From positions 7,486 through 71,485 of the forward strand of contig MCFE01000460.1 in the NCBI GenBank assembly GCA_002104905.1: a DNA stretch of 64,000 nucleotides, in the 5' to 3' direction. The notes beneath the pieces are model-generated. The model had not been told where the DNA came from and searched no databases. It was given only the letters and a program-made list of their open reading frames with translations. Positions 39,696 to 55,596 of this stretch are shown here, in pieces. This DNA comes from Basidiobolus meristosporus CBS 931.73. Taxonomy: Eukaryota; Fungi; Basidiobolomycota. A program made the translations under genes and the position numbers. Within the stretch, counting starts at the first letter, position 1, and each line of letters opens with the position of its first letter.

Positions 39696-42100
39696 TGTGG
39701 TTGACCTGAGGTTTATTATGTGGATAGGAGATTGCGATCGACCTGATGGTAAACAAATCAACGGAGATAACAGGGCGGAGAGGTGGGCGAAAGTAGCTTT
39801 TATACTAGTAAATGGTAAACGCGGGCAGCTGCAGGCCGAAAGTTATGAAGTTTGAGTTGTAGATCGTAGGCGAAATAAATAAAGGTTGATGAAACGAAGC
39901 GTGGAGATGGGGAATGAGCCAGGAAGTTTGGTTGAAACTCTTTGATATGCAGAAGCAGGCCGAAAATTCGTATATCAAACCTGGTGCTGGTAGGGACAAT
40001 GAGTTGCGATTATGTAGTGTTTCATACTCGCTCAGCCGATGGGTACTTATATATTTGGGAAGGTGGAGTAGTTTGTATTGATAGGTACACTCGAAATCAC
40101 CAAATCAGTATAACATCAGTCAACCTAATTGGCTATCCATCAACATGAATGATTGTTAAACCTCCCAATGGCTGTTGGATGGTGTCTGGGACCCAACATG
40201 CGAAATTATAATATGAATCCATTAATTACTCATAAGTATCTGGCGATAAGGTCTTGGATTTTGATTAGCCGCAATAGGGTTTATTGTGAAGAATCAAAGA
40301 AACCTGAATGCCCCTGCAAGGGATGAAGATCACACCAATCGCGAACTTTAAATTTTGTAATTCACTATATATCAGAATGAAACCAATCTTCATTTATGGT
40401 TACATATCCAGCCATTACCTAATGTTATTTATAGATACAGGCTTCACTGTGTATTGCATGATGCTACCTCATTCCACGAACGGGCAATTCGAAATTTCCG
40501 AGACATTAATTCCTTGCATGGTATTCAGCACCCCAAGATGTGTATCGATGTGTTGATTGAACATATGTATCAGAATTAGTGAGTGCATGCGTATCGGTAA
40601 TCCAATACGGAACACAGAATAAGCATGATCTGATGTGCGGCAAATATGTTAATTAGACGCAATACCAATGTTAATGTTTCGATGCTCCTTGAGTTGTTTT
40701 TCCTATCCTCCTGTATGCATGATGACGTCTATTTAATGATGAAGATAAGGCATTTATATATTTATGTTTGCTACCAAGTATTTGCACACAGGTAAGCTGA
40801 TACACATTTCAAGCCTATTTTTATGGCTCAAGGTCAAGCGTGGTTGCTACACTATGGATGCTATCACCTGGAGAACGAAATGAAATCATCAAGGCTAAAT
40901 TCGTCTTGAATCAAGTGTTGGGGGTGTAACATTATAGCATTGGCTAAGTTCACACCTTCCAGGGTCCATTTATGTCAAGAGCGGCATCGCTTTAGTCCAT
41001 ATGAAACCAAGGCTCGTAACCAGTAGACATTACATCTAACTAGAACAATCATTTCCCTGTAGGCTCTTAAAATTCCATAGTGTTGGTTACCCTCAGTCAA
41101 ATGTGACATCAATCGCGCATTAAAAATAGGCGTCTCAAACAATTTATAGATGTATATATACAAAATTCACAGGATCTAGCGTTCATTGCCTAAATTGGTC
41201 CTTATAGGTAGCATTGGTGAACTACTATGGCTCATGTGCCCCAGATATTGCCATTCAAGTAATGATCTTCAAGCGGCAGTACCGTATGGGACGCAAAGGT
41301 TGAGCGTGAATTGTATTTCAAGTGCAGGTCATATGAATCATACTTTGATTGGGATTCAACACAGGCAACGTATCAATAACGAAGCTGAGAAACTCAGCCT
41401 TCCTTTGTTTGGTGTATGGATTGAGGAGTCAATGATATCATTCTTGCAAAATCTTCATCGATGGTTATCGAATAAGACGAATGACTGCCAACTGTCAAAC
41501 TGAGTATGATGTTAATATCGGTGAACTAGAGGCATGTGATGTGCATTCGATGAATAGCAGAGAGCCATCCATTCTCATGTGTGGTTTCGACAACTCAACA
41601 ATGACCTAATTAGACATGTGGTCTTTACCTTTTAGAGATGGTTCTAGACTCCATTGACTATGATGGTAAACAATAGTGTGATCACTTTGATTAATGAATC
41701 TAGATGGTTTATAGTTACACGTCACTACTTTTTCTGCACAATCAACCCTTCAATTCATATCTCAAATTAGTAGAAATTGGAGCCTAGCTTCCACCATGTA
41801 AAGTGATTCTGCTCATTCACTAGTATATTAATGAATTGTATCAAGCAGATATTTTAAGCGTGGTTTTACACTCTAGTTGCTTAAATTCATGCAATCCGGC
41901 ATAGGAGGCACCAATCCAAAATTCAATGACTCAATAGCAACTACAGGCGGAATTCGGGTTTGAAAAATCTCCAATTGATTCATTGTATGGTTTGTTGTTT
42001 GATGATAGCCAAGAAAAATCAAGCAGTGTAGTGCTTATATTTTTCTTAGCCTTGGGGACGGTCTTGTCTATATATCAACATAACAAAGGGATCGTCAGCC

Positions 42101-43966
<1,866 letters not shown>

Positions 43967-44381
43967 TCTCGCCCGTGTCCTTTTGTTGTGTGGTACTGAT
44001 TGGTATCAATGTGTTGAGAACTATTAAATGTCCCCCCGTAAATGAAAGAAGTTGGCCATCATTTCGACCTGCTAAGGGTAGAAGATTATTGCCCTATATA
44101 TACAATTACACATTTTTTGCCCCAATAATGTTGTACCTGCCTTCTTGTAAGCTATAATAAATCATTTATTCGAGGGGTGCCCACTTGCAAATGATGTTGG
44201 TATAGAGTAACAATGAAATGCCATGTAAAGCATGCAGTTCGCTGAGTCATTGATAATTGGAAGGGATTTGGACGAACGGTTAGGATGATGTAATAAATTA
44301 CGCAATTATCTAAGGCATTTGAGAATAAAACTAATAATAAGACAAATATACATGGTCCAAAAAACGCGCAACTATAAGTAC

Positions 44382-47300
44382 TCAAGCGGAGGTAGAGTTC
44401 TTCAGGTTTGCATTGCTCATCTTACGACGAAGCGATGAGAGTCTGTTAGATATGAAGCCAATGACTAGAAAACATGTTAGTTGAGATGTAGATAGAATGG
44501 TCATATATGGGAAATGGCTACATTTGGTGATGGTTCGACGATCTTCCTCATCCATGGCATTATCCTCGTCCACAGTTAATAATGCCGACAGTATCCAAAT
44601 TGCAGTCTGATACGATCGCTCGCAATCCGTCAGATTTTCTCCTACAAGCTCATCAACTGCAGCTGCTCGGCTCTACTCACCAAAAAGGCACAATCAGAAT
44701 GTAGTGTTAAAAACTTAAAGGCTGAGTTCGAATTACCGTCTCCAAAGCATAGTCATACATAAGTTTTTCAACGCAAATACTGTGTTCCTCGTCTATGGTA
44801 ACTTTCAGTTTTATAAACTCTGCTTTCTCAAGACTTTCGTTGAATTTATCCCGCATCCACTGGACAGCTGAAAAGTTCAATCCGTGTTTAGTAGCATTGT
44901 TTACAAAGGTAAGCTGGTCTGGAAGAGTACCATCATTTAATCTAGATGATGTTGTCTTGACTCCAGTATGGTTGCGATCTACGTTGTCCCAGTATTTTTT
45001 GGCGGCATCAAGGCCGGCTTGTAGAAGCGAGAGGGTTTTGAGGTACAGAGCGAACGCTTCGCCACCTATTTTCTCCACTTCCTCTTCGCTTAAAGGGGTT
45101 TCACTATCTTTGGTGGACTCCGGATGGGGTGGGGTTAATTCTAGAAATTTCAGATTGGCCAAATGAAATATTGCATGCGCTTTGTAAGCCGAGCTCTCAA
45201 TTCCACTGATAATCAGGTCCTTTGTATTCGTAACGTGTTTAGGGACCGGGTATTGATGGGATTTCCATACAGTATAGCTTAATTTACCTCTTCTTTGCTA
45301 GCTTCTGAGTTACGTTGGTCACCCTTGGAGAACGATAGATCACGGTGTGGTGGTGAATGGCTACCTGTACGACCGAGGAGTCGAGCCGAAGCTGTGGAAA
45401 TTGCCTTGGCCAGAGCAGATGGTGTTGCTCCGCTGGCCCACCCGGTAGTAGGGGGGGCACCACGATCTCGAGAGCCGAGCGCTGTGGTGGGGCTATCATA
45501 TTCCATTTTGTTGATGGTTGGAGTCGACTCGGCCCTTGCAAGGTAATAGAGAGCAGTGCCTTCGGGTTTTCGGAAAGGGGGTGGGATTGTTGTAGAAGAT
45601 GAGGATGCCGGGTTTCGTACCGTCTGGTTGGTAAGTCTGGGAGACGCAGCCAGCTCTAAAAGAGTAATGTTAACGGAATCCTGGGAGACACATACTCAAT
45701 TAACTTACCATCAGCCAGAGCATTCACTTCTACAGCTCGCTTTTCTATCACTACGTACTCCCTTTCAAAGAGAATTTCGTCTTCCGTCTTGTTCGAGATT
45801 GTGGTTTGATCTTTGTCTCTATTATTTTCCGTCTTATTAGCTCGAGCTCTGGGTGTCTTGAGCTTAATGTTAACAGTTGTGGGATTCAATAATAGAGAGC
45901 TTGATGGAGATGCTGGCTCATCGTGGAGCGATGGATTTCGTTGATCTGCAGTGGCGTTCCGGTTTGACTTGAAATCCATTCGAGGGTCGTATGATCTGGG
46001 CTTTGACCCCATTAGGCCAAGGGAAAACGGCCTTTGAATTCTGTACTTGGTTTGTTGAATGAACTAATGAATATATCAAGATAGAAAGGTACCTTTCCGT
46101 AGATATCTCGTATGATGGCCTACGGAGCGCATAGCCAAGCGGTGCATATCTACTGTTCGGTAGATCGAAACTGGCGGAACGACGAGTGTTGCAAAGATAT
46201 TTTGCAATCCCCACTGACCCATGTATGCCAAAATGATAAATATAATAGCCATACATTTTGCGGCTGGAAAATGAACAAACCGTTTCCAATCTCAACATTT
46301 TGCTCGGAGCTCCTGGACATTCCAATGATACACGGATGTGCAAAGAAATCCTCAAAAGACAGCCGCTCAGCTGGATTTCTCTTTAGTAGGTGGCGAATCA
46401 GATCTTTCAGCTCTTCACTGACAAGTGTGGTCTTTCGTTGGCTTGAATCGGAGTATGGTATAGATGCTGTGTTGTCATCAGAATCCCGTCTCCGAACCCT
46501 CGAATCCGAGACCTCTCCGGGAAATTTGATATGGTCGTTGCACTTTTCGATTCTTTTGAGCAATTCGACATGGTTTTGTGCTCGAAACGGAGGTTTGCCG
46601 ACCACCAATTCATACAGTACAGCACCAACGCTCCATAGATCGGCTTTTGCGTCATATTTCTCGTACCTTAAAATCTCTGGCCCCATATAGAGGGGGGAGC
46701 CACATAGAGTATCTGCCAGGGTATGTGCTGGAAGTGATCTGGCAAATCCAAAATCAGCAATCTTCAAGATGGGCAAATGCTCTAGATCGATTAATTTCTT
46801 ATGTTGTTGAGGATGAGGCACCAGGAGAAGGTTCTAGTGAACGCTGATTTTAATGTGATTGAAATCGTGGTGATTGGCCTTACTGTGACTAACCTGTGGT
46901 TTAATGTCCCGATGAATTAAATTCCTGGATCTAAGGAATTGCAACGCGGACGCTAGAATAGTACCGTCAGCAAAATGCCTAGCGCAAATACAACAGTCAA
47001 TACAAACCCAGCTGCTTCAAGAAGTGCTTGACAATATACTCGTCGAGCCCGCCAGCTGGACCTTCCGCCTCAGGGATTTCTCTACGCCTTTTGATAAGAG
47101 TAGACAAGTCTCCCATTGAGCAATATTCCATCACCAGGTGGATATGGCTCTCCGATTTCTACTTGGCAATGAAGTAGATCCCAAGATCAATAGTTATCCC
47201 TGAAATTTTCTGGTGGCCATACATACCACACAGTCGACCAGACCAACAATATTCGAATGCTTTATTCCTTTAAGGATAGATATTTCTGATTCCAAACTTT

Positions 47301-47538
47301 CCAGCAATTTTCGCGTCAATTTAGAGCGCAGGACTGACTTGATGGCAACATATTTGCCTGTTTTCTATGATAGAGCATTGCCTAGTTAGTACCAACACAA
47401 TCTTACTGCTTTTGCTTGAATCAGTTGCTGCTGAATTACAGAGCACTCTCACTGTACCTTGTGCCTTCCTTTATATACAGTGGCAAACGAGCCTCTACCA
47501 ATCTCTTGTAAGATTTCGTAGGGTCCCACAGCTTCCAT
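44382..47538 (-). CDS. ATG1: Autophagy kinase Atg1/ULK (kinase domain plus C-terminal MIT-like region), multi-exon
   Basis: [103 protein letters not shown]. Confidence 0.93.
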
Positions 47539-49883
47539 TGGAATTGAACAAGATATTCACAATTAATAGTAGAGGAGAAGGGATGTGCGAAGAAGCGTCA
47601 GGTTTGCAAGGATAATAGTGGAGCAGGCGTCACAATAGGTTTACCTCAACAATATAAAATAGTGGGGACTAACAATAAGAAGAAATACAGCACAATAAAA
47701 CTAGAAACGAGGCCAGGTAATAAGGTATCCAAAAGTTCAAAAGAGACCAGTAGAAAATAAAGTAGACTGTATACAAGATAGTGGTTTAAAAGAACAAAAA
47801 TTGCTTTATTATGAAAGCAGGAAAATCTTTAAAAGCGATCTGTACAGTGGCGTGGCGCTGACTGCTTCAGCATATTCATATTATTAGCGGTCTAAAGGGT
47901 ATATGTTTCATAGTCTTTCATATTAGGGAATAGGCAGTCCTATGATCCGAAGGGCATAACAATTCATGTGACTTGTACTGGGAACGTGATCCTGAGGAGA
48001 AATATAGTCATGATCAGGCCGTGGTTCACGACTGATTTCCCTGGTATATCATTTGATCATGCCGACAGTGCTACCGTTTTAGTTATATCACCTTGTCATG
48101 GAGCAGCCCAAGACGTGATTTTTCGTTGCAATGGCTCGCCTACTAATACATTTGGTACAGGAATATACTATTCCAATCAACCCCAAAGGCTGCGGTACTG
48201 CGCTTCAATTGCACATATGGCCAATACATTTAGGTTGTTTTGATTTACACTGTGATAGGAGTTCCACAAGGGAAACCTCATTGAAATCAGGGGCTACTAG
48301 CGCAGTGGTAAATGATGGCACCTAATTACAGTATGAGCAATACTCACACAGTAAAGGAGTTCGCACCAGGTATGGACGAAGCTGCAAATGGCAGCGCAAG
48401 GGTCCTGGCGCAATCCGCCAATCCCATGTACAATTTACTCTTGGTGGGCAGTGCAAACCAAACAGCATTTCATCAGCCTCCAGGGATCATCCAAGAGCTT
48501 CCTGAAATGAGCATTATTGAAGGACTGCTAAAACATAAAAATTGAGCATACCTTTGTCAGCCAATGGAAGCGGATGATATCGGCGTGATTAGATAAGGCT
48601 TCAACTCGACAAGATCTGACGAAACAGAGTTGAATGATAGCTACCACAGAAGCTGAATCATCTGTTGAGTAATGACTTCCGAGGTGTGCGTGAAGCATGT
48701 CCAACAACCAGACACTGCAGTTGAAGTCAAATGCGAGGCTCTAGACCATATACACGGGGTCTGACATCTTTGAGGCATGGTATATCAGGGCTGGAGTCGA
48801 CCTCTGACAAACCATGAGCCACACTGGGCAGGCGGAGTCAACTATCAATAAACATCGCATAACTATCACGAACAAGGAGGAAGATCCACCAGAGCAACTG
48901 AAGGCAAACAAACAAATAAATGTTAGAGCAATAATGGTTGATGTAATGAATGGTGGACAATGTCGGTGGCATCTGCAGAGCTTCCAGGTCTTCCAATTAG
49001 CTGGCAGCAAGGTACGGGCGTCAGCAGTGATTAGTGGCAGCCTATCAGACATAGGTGTAGAGTTGTAGAGTCAGTTCACCACTGGACTATTATTCCTGTT
49101 GAGATTGCTATCACGGAAGATAGGTTGGGGTTGAAGCCAATTTTCCTAGTAGTGGAGGTAGACCGCAAGTTGCATTGATTCTTGTCCGTTATGGCTATGC
49201 AACCCTAACCACCGAATTCGTAAGATTGGGATGGTTTGATTGATTAGCCCGCATGGTCTTTATGTTCCACATGTACCAAATCTTCTATCGATCCACGTGT
49301 GTTGATCCTATTCAGCGTCATAGTATGCACATCCAAACAAAGCTTAAACTCATGCCCGACAAATGGGGAGCATACCAATCTTCTGTAAGGAGAAGCCATT
49401 TGCTATAAACAAGGTTGATACCTAGGGTTTCACACTCTTACGAGCCAGACCTGCAGACGTTATCTTGCATGCATGGCATCTGTTTGATATAGGTTCACTC
49501 TATCTCTACCACATCTCTGAGTCATCGTTAGCCCCATACCAAGCCAAATCGGTTGATAAGATGGCGTTACAATATGCTATCACTCAATGACCAAGTAACA
49601 AAGACAATTATCATCAACCCGTCTATGCTTCTACACGAATCTAGGAAAGTTCCAGGTATTCAAAAGCAATTCCCTAAACACATTAGTCATGCCTGTTTTA
49701 ATACGGCGAACAATCGAAATATGGAGGTACGTGATATGCGTTAGGGACTATATCAGCAAACATGCTAGATGCAGAGTTGATGATTGAGCCATGGAGTAAG
49801 CTACTTTTTCCACTACCCGGAAAATATAAAAGCGACACAGGAGGCAGCATCAATACGTATCATATAACTCTTTCTTCAATAAG

Positions 49884-50513
49884 ATGAAATTGCTGTTTAG
49901 CTCGTTACTCTTCCTAACCATTTTTTTTACAACCATGGCCCAAAATGCCGAGAACGATGGGCGGAGTCCAGTTTGGGATGAGAATGCTACGGAATCTATA
50001 TCAGATATGAGCGCATCACGTGGTTCCATCGGTGCACATTTGAGTGCTGAGGAAACCGAAAAGGAGGATGATGGCTTGCAGCAAACACATCTTACGAGAT
50101 TTGGTAGAATCCATAGGATTGATACTGATAATGCTGTACCTGAGCCATCTGAACAGGAAAGCCCTGATGCTGATGCTAATGAAGATCCAACGCAGCCTAT
50201 CGATGCCCAAGTAAACCAGACAGATCAAGTAGACCAAACCTCAGTTCCCCCACAACCCACCAGTGATATAGAAGTCAATGATAACTCCTCTTCAGCCTCT
50301 TCTCCTACATCCGTCCTCCCCACAGACACCTCGTCTTCTGACATCGTTACTGAACCCACGATATCTTCCACTAATATTGAGTTTGTGAATACGCCGATCG
50401 TCAATCCACAGAACTGCATTGTCTTAAACTTAGGACAAGGGCCAGCATGCCTAGATCCAAAGTTATTCGGTGCCAACTTAAGTCCATCTTCCGATACCAG
50501 AGAAAAAGAATAA
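49884..50513 (+). CDS. Secreted acidic low-complexity protein with a C-terminal two-Cys motif (paralog 1)
   Basis: Signal-like MKLLFSSLLFLTIFFTTMA; C-terminal NCIVLNLGQGPACLDPKLFG. Confidence 0.75.
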   Translation: MKLLFSSLLFLTIFFTTMAQNAENDGRSPVWDENATESISDMSASRGSIGAHLSAEETEKEDDGLQQTHLTRFGRIHRIDTDNAVPEPSEQESPDADANEDPTQPIDAQVNQTDQVDQTSVPPQPTSDIEVNDNSSSASSPTSVLPTDTSSSDIVTEPTISSTNIEFVNTPIVNPQNCIVLNLGQGPACLDPKLFGANLSPSSDTREKE

Positions 50514-50955
50514 ATACCTTGACCACGAATGATATCCACCTGGCGATGAGCATGCTAACCCCATGTAATTCTATTTTATTTCACCTGCCTAATTGGGAAA
50601 TATATATTCAAGTATTGGGAATAAACTGCATGATCTTAGATTCTGTCAAATCCTTGATTAACCCAAGCTAGGACAGTGGCCATATGCTATGGACCAAGTT
50701 GGATGTCATACTTCAGACTCGGGCCGCTTGCGAGAAGCAAAAGGCTAGAGGGTCTATGCAAAGTGAGGTAGCTTTAGCGTGAGATCTATCCACGCATATG
50801 CAGCTATATGCGGTGATTGATGTATGCACGTCTCGCGTGCTTCCAAGAGTGTGGATAAGCGTATTTGCAAGTCATATAAGTACGAGAACCATTGCAGTGG
50901 TAACCTTTCTAAAAGAGAACCTCTCAATCATTTTTCATATAACTGAAAGTGTCTG

Positions 50956-51555
50956 ATGCTTCGATTCATTATTTTCTCGTTCTTTGCACTCTGCTTATCG
51001 TTACTTGTAGTAGCGCAGCGCGTTGACAATGAATTTATGCAAGAAATGGATACCATGGATGACAATTCACGTATCAATGAAGAATTCGAGGAAAATGAAA
51101 GATTCAGTAGAAGGCGCGAGGCTGAAGAAGAAGAAATGGAGGACGGGAGATTAGCTAGCGTAAGGGGTGAGTTTCAGCGTCTTCCGAATAACGACGAGAT
51201 AGACGACTTCCCAGTTGACCGAAATCGTCTACCTTTGCCTCAGAGAGGTAGGATTGGCCGGCCAAATCGTGGCGCCTTTGCGGATATCAACAGAGATAGG
51301 GGGGATAATATTGGGTTCAGAGGCACATTTGACAGGCAGCCAAGTAGATTTAGGGAAAATGAGCCAAATAGAGGCCAGCAATTTTTAGATAATGGAGTTC
51401 CAGAACCACACGATATGCCTTGGAATGGAATGCCATTCATGAACAGGCCTATGCAAAACCCTAGAGATTGCATCGTTTTGACCCTAAACAATGGTGCTGT
51501 TTGCCTTGATCCAAAGTCTTTTGGTAATGGAGACCAGCCACTGCCTCAGGATTAA
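50956..51555 (+). CDS. Secreted Arg/Glu-rich low-complexity protein with a C-terminal two-Cys motif (paralog 2)
   Basis: Signal-like MLRFIIFSFFALCLSLLVVA; C-terminal DCIVLTLNNGAVCLDPKSFG. Confidence 0.75.
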   Translation: MLRFIIFSFFALCLSLLVVAQRVDNEFMQEMDTMDDNSRINEEFEENERFSRRREAEEEEMEDGRLASVRGEFQRLPNNDEIDDFPVDRNRLPLPQRGRIGRPNRGAFADINRDRGDNIGFRGTFDRQPSRFRENEPNRGQQFLDNGVPEPHDMPWNGMPFMNRPMQNPRDCIVLTLNNGAVCLDPKSFGNGDQPLPQD

Positions 51556-51870
51556 AAAAAACGTAACCCTACCATGCCATCTCTAGATGCAAATCAATTA
51601 CATGGTATCACTACATATATCCCCTGTATTCTTCTATCTCCTTGTCAGGACCCTATCGATATTAAAGTCGTAACTATGATTTAATTAGAATTCCTGCTAC
51701 ATCAGTGTCCATCTATTGCTAAGCCATCTATCTGGTGCTCGGTCGAGAATACATACAGTCAGATGAATCACCAACCAATGCACGGTTTATAGTAAGGAAG
51801 ATACTTCATAGTATTGGGCTCCAGGCAAGAGTTGTGTCAACAAATAGAGGTAAGCTGCTTTATATTATCA

Positions 51871-52981
51871 TTAAGCAAAGTTGGTATTCAAGTATTGAAC
51901 GAATAATTCAGCAATTCTAGAGATGTCCAAAATGGTGTGCATCTTGTTAATGTTGATGAATTGCCTACGAAGTCGTCGAAGCTCTGCCAGCGTAATGGAA
52001 CGAGCAGGCAATTGGACCTTGATCGAAGAATTTGAAATGGATACTGCATAGGAACCCAGGTTATTCTTCTGCTCCTCAAGAACCGCATTCACTATTTCTT
52101 GGGTTACTTTGTCAAGCTCATATAAATAATTGGTCTCCGTTACAGGTTTCTAAGTATAGTCGATGCCATTAGCCGACATGCGAGATTCGCAAAGTCATAT
52201 TGAATGCTCCATCTAGATTTTACTTACCGACACTGTAGAAAGATTTGGAGGAGGGGCCTTTTTTAACACAATTGCACTCCAAATATCCTCAGCAGGTACG
52301 GTCGCATCTTCCCAGAGTACAGTGAATAAAGGAGAATCCCATTTGTTTTTGGCTTCAGGCTCTTCATATCTGGTTACAAGTTCATCAAAGCTATTGATGT
52401 AATAAGTTAATAACAAACTTCAGAAAACATGACATAACACAACTACATTTGTGGATCGTATCCATCCGAACGCTCACTATTCCATTGCTTTGCTTTGTCT
52501 ATTGGAACACCGCAATGTACCTGTATATACAGATCAAGAGCCAGAAAAGGTAAGAATGCATGAAGAGTATGAATCTACGAAGTTGTTGCATACCACACAA
52601 TGTGGAGTACCCATAGCTCTGGCCACACAGTACATTTGATAACGGAAGCCTTTGATATAGTTCATCGCATCGGCTATAACAATGTCATCTTTGGTTAGGG
52701 AACGCTCGATGGCCGAAATTAAAGCTCCCCGAGCTTTCTTCTCTTCAGCAGCAGCTAGTTGAGAATCCATGTTTAACGGTTTGGCTCCTTCATGTATTAA
52801 TCAACGCTAAACACTTACCTCTATAAGCTTCTTTACTTACATGCAAGGTCTCGTCATTGATCAAATGTATACGAAAGTTCTTTTTTTCTTGTTGACATTT
52901 CTCTTCTAAAAACCTTTTTATCTCTAAAGCACGAGTTGTTTTACCACTAGATGGTATTCCGCTTATAATAATTAAAGGCAT
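51871..52981 (-). CDS. KTI12: Elongator cofactor Kti12 (P-loop protein), multi-exon
   Basis: MPLIIISGIPSSGKTTRA, IVIADAMNYIKGFRYQMYCVAR, RYEEPEAKNKWDSPLF, LAELRRLRRQFININK. Confidence 0.92.
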
Positions 52982-54099
52982 CTTTTCGTTGTATCCTCTG
53001 TTAAGGCGGAAATACAGGCTCTTGTGGGTAGTGTGGACAAACGATTTGTACGGGTCTGGCTTCGATCGTAAAAAAAATCATCTAGATGAGAATTTGGATA
53101 AGAAAATCAGAATATTTTCCAAGCAATATAACCAGGCTAAGGATTGATCGATTCCCCAAGCTGTAAAGGAGCAGCTCTTCCACAAATAATTAATCTTAAC
53201 GGGAGTAGAAGCATAGGCAAATTTTGGTGCCCAGACATATGTATAGAATCGAAAAGCAGAGTACATGTAAATCAATGGAGGCTACAGTGCTTGCTACTTG
53301 CATAAGACTTGGATAATGTTTTCACAAATCATCTCGAACCAGAGGAAAGTTCAAGTGCTAGATTATTACGTTTACAATCCTGCTTCTGTGTTGCTAAAAC
53401 TGGGATAAATCGTAGCTTAGTGGCGATTACCATTACGATACTACAAATCGATAAGCCCGTTTTAAGCCAATCTATGTGTAAGAACTTGGAAAACTGAAGC
53501 ATCTGAAATTAAGCATGAATCCCTTATGGCGTCTTGATATCGACTCATGAAGTGTAGTAATATGGATAGCAAGGTCTCGGCCGGTATGTCTCAAAATTCC
53601 TGATGCTCAGCGTAGTTGGCATCTGGTTGATTTCAATGAATCCTAATGTATTGCCGAGTACTAGGGATCCAAGACACTTCAAACACATAATATCCCAAAG
53701 CTGTGATCGGTCATTGGTAAGCACTGGTTTACACAGGCATCCAGTAGTGTGAGGGTGTCGTCAACAGAACTGATGCACTTTGCACCCTCAAGCCAATGTA
53801 AATGCTTCAATCTAATATATCTATTTACAGCATTCTGAAGATATTGATTCGTCGTCAACTAAGGTTTACGAAATGCCATGTATTTCCCCTCTATAAGCAA
53901 CCCAATTGAGGTATACTACGTTGCTGTGCAAGCCTTTGGAACCATTGATGATTTTGACGAATCAGTTGATGTAGCGCATAGAATGCCATGTTTATCTTTC
54001 ATCTGGCTGGTTGTCACCAAAGTACACTCCGATTTTCCTTTATAAAGATCCTTCTCCATCCGTGTCCAGCACCCTACGCCTTGTATACTAGTACCGATC

Positions 54100-55596
54100 A
54101 TGGATGCACTAAGCGCCTCGTTAGGAATCCCTCTATCTACTTTCAAGCTACTTGGAACCATAATCCTGGCCTATCCAGTGGCGCTCGTTTACCGCACATT
54201 TTACCTCAACCCAACGGAGGCGAAAGGTGAAGTGCAGCGTAATTTGTACGTTATTACAACTGGTTTAGCGCTCTCTCTATTTTTCTCTGGCAAGGATATC
54301 ATCCATTCTTTAATCACAGTTACCTTTACTTGGACGGCATGTAAGCTGCTCGAAAAGCAGAGAGCTCTGGCAGTGGCGATTTGTTTTTTGTTTAATATGA
54401 TATACCTACTGGGAGGTTACTATTCAAACTCATTGGAAACTTATGATATCACTTGGACTATGCCGCAATGCATACTTTGTCTCAGGATGATTGGTCTATC
54501 TTGGGATTTCTACGATGGTCGTCATGAAAGTACAAGCAAGGTGGAGCAAAACCCCCCCAAGGATAAGGAGCCTGACTCTACACCCAGAAGTCCAACAGTC
54601 AAACAGCCATCCAACACTCCAGCCTCGTTCATTGATGCTGCATTGCCTACTCTTCCTCCTTATTTAGAAGTTTTGGGATATTCCTATTTCTTTGGTGCAT
54701 TCTTGATCGGCCCCCAGTTCTCTTTCTCACTCTATAAACGGTTTCTCAACCTTCAGCCCCAACCGAAAGATAACCACTCTCTACCGGATGGAGCATATAC
54801 TCGCACACTTCGTTGCATAGGAGTCGGCGTATTTTATCTGGCTCTGCAACAGCTAATCGGCTCGCACTATCCAATGCTATTCACCACCACCACGAAATAT
54901 GCACAGCTGCCATTTCTAGACAAGTTCATTTACATGTGGATAGCAGGGAAGTTTGTGATGAACAAATATTTAGGGGTCTGGACTTTAAATGAGGGTACTG
55001 GAGTGCTATGCGGAATATCATTTAACGGCTACGACGAGGCAGGCAACCCACGCTGGGACTGCTTGGCTAATGTGGACATCTACAAATATGAGACAGCCAC
55101 CTCGCTTACACAAATAATCGAGTCGTTCAATATGAATACAAGTATCTGGAGCAAGTTATATGTTTTTAAGCGCCTGAAATTTATGGGAAACAAAAATCTT
55201 TCAACCTTCTTTACTCTTCTTTTTCTAGCAATTTGGCATGGGGTACATGCTGGGTATTTCCTTTGTTTTGCCACTGAATTCATAGATGTCATAGGCGAGC
55301 GCATCGGTGCTCAGCTTCTTGCTCCATATGTTCAATGGATGTACGTCTCCAATAGTAGATCCACCAAAGCTGCACTGTGCCGTCAAGCTCACAAGCTTTT
55401 CACCTGGTTCTTAACTACTTCCGCTTTACACTACGCTGTCGTCCCATTGGAGTTGCTGCTGATGAGGGAAACTCTGGTTGCTTGGAGCCATGTATACTTC
55501 TTTGGCACATTTGCGATATTTGGCCTGATAGCATTGGGTTCAGTTAAATCACAATTGGTCAAGAGAGAGAGGAGTGCCATCAAAAAGATCAATTGA
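54100..55596 (+). CDS. MBOAT lysophospholipid acyltransferase (ALE1/LPCAT3-like), 498 aa, single exon
   Basis: ITWTMPQCILCLR, FLIGPQF, ESFNMNTSIWSKLYVFKRL and LAIWHG (catalytic His); many TM segments. Confidence 0.92.
   Translation: MDALSASLGIPLSTFKLLGTIILAYPVALVYRTFYLNPTEAKGEVQRNLYVITTGLALSLFFSGKDIIHSLITVTFTWTACKLLEKQRALAVAICFLFNMIYLLGGYYSNSLETYDITWTMPQCILCLRMIGLSWDFYDGRHESTSKVEQNPPKDKEPDSTPRSPTVKQPSNTPASFIDAALPTLPPYLEVLGYSYFFGAFLIGPQFSFSLYKRFLNLQPQPKDNHSLPDGAYTRTLRCIGVGVFYLALQQLIGSHYPMLFTTTTKYAQLPFLDKFIYMWIAGKFVMNKYLGVWTLNEGTGVLCGISFNGYDEAGNPRWDCLANVDIYKYETATSLTQIIESFNMNTSIWSKLYVFKRLKFMGNKNLSTFFTLLFLAIWHGVHAGYFLCFATEFIDVIGERIGAQLLAPYVQWMYVSNSRSTKAALCRQAHKLFTWFLTTSALHYAVVPLELLLMRETLVAWSHVYFFGTFAIFGLIALGSVKSQLVKRERSAIKKIN

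Noticed and set aside
44795-46847. Numerous plus-strand ORFs over ATG1, and similar antisense ORFs over the PDE, VMA3 and secreted genes
   Set aside because: Shadow ORFs of real genes on the opposite strand or frame.
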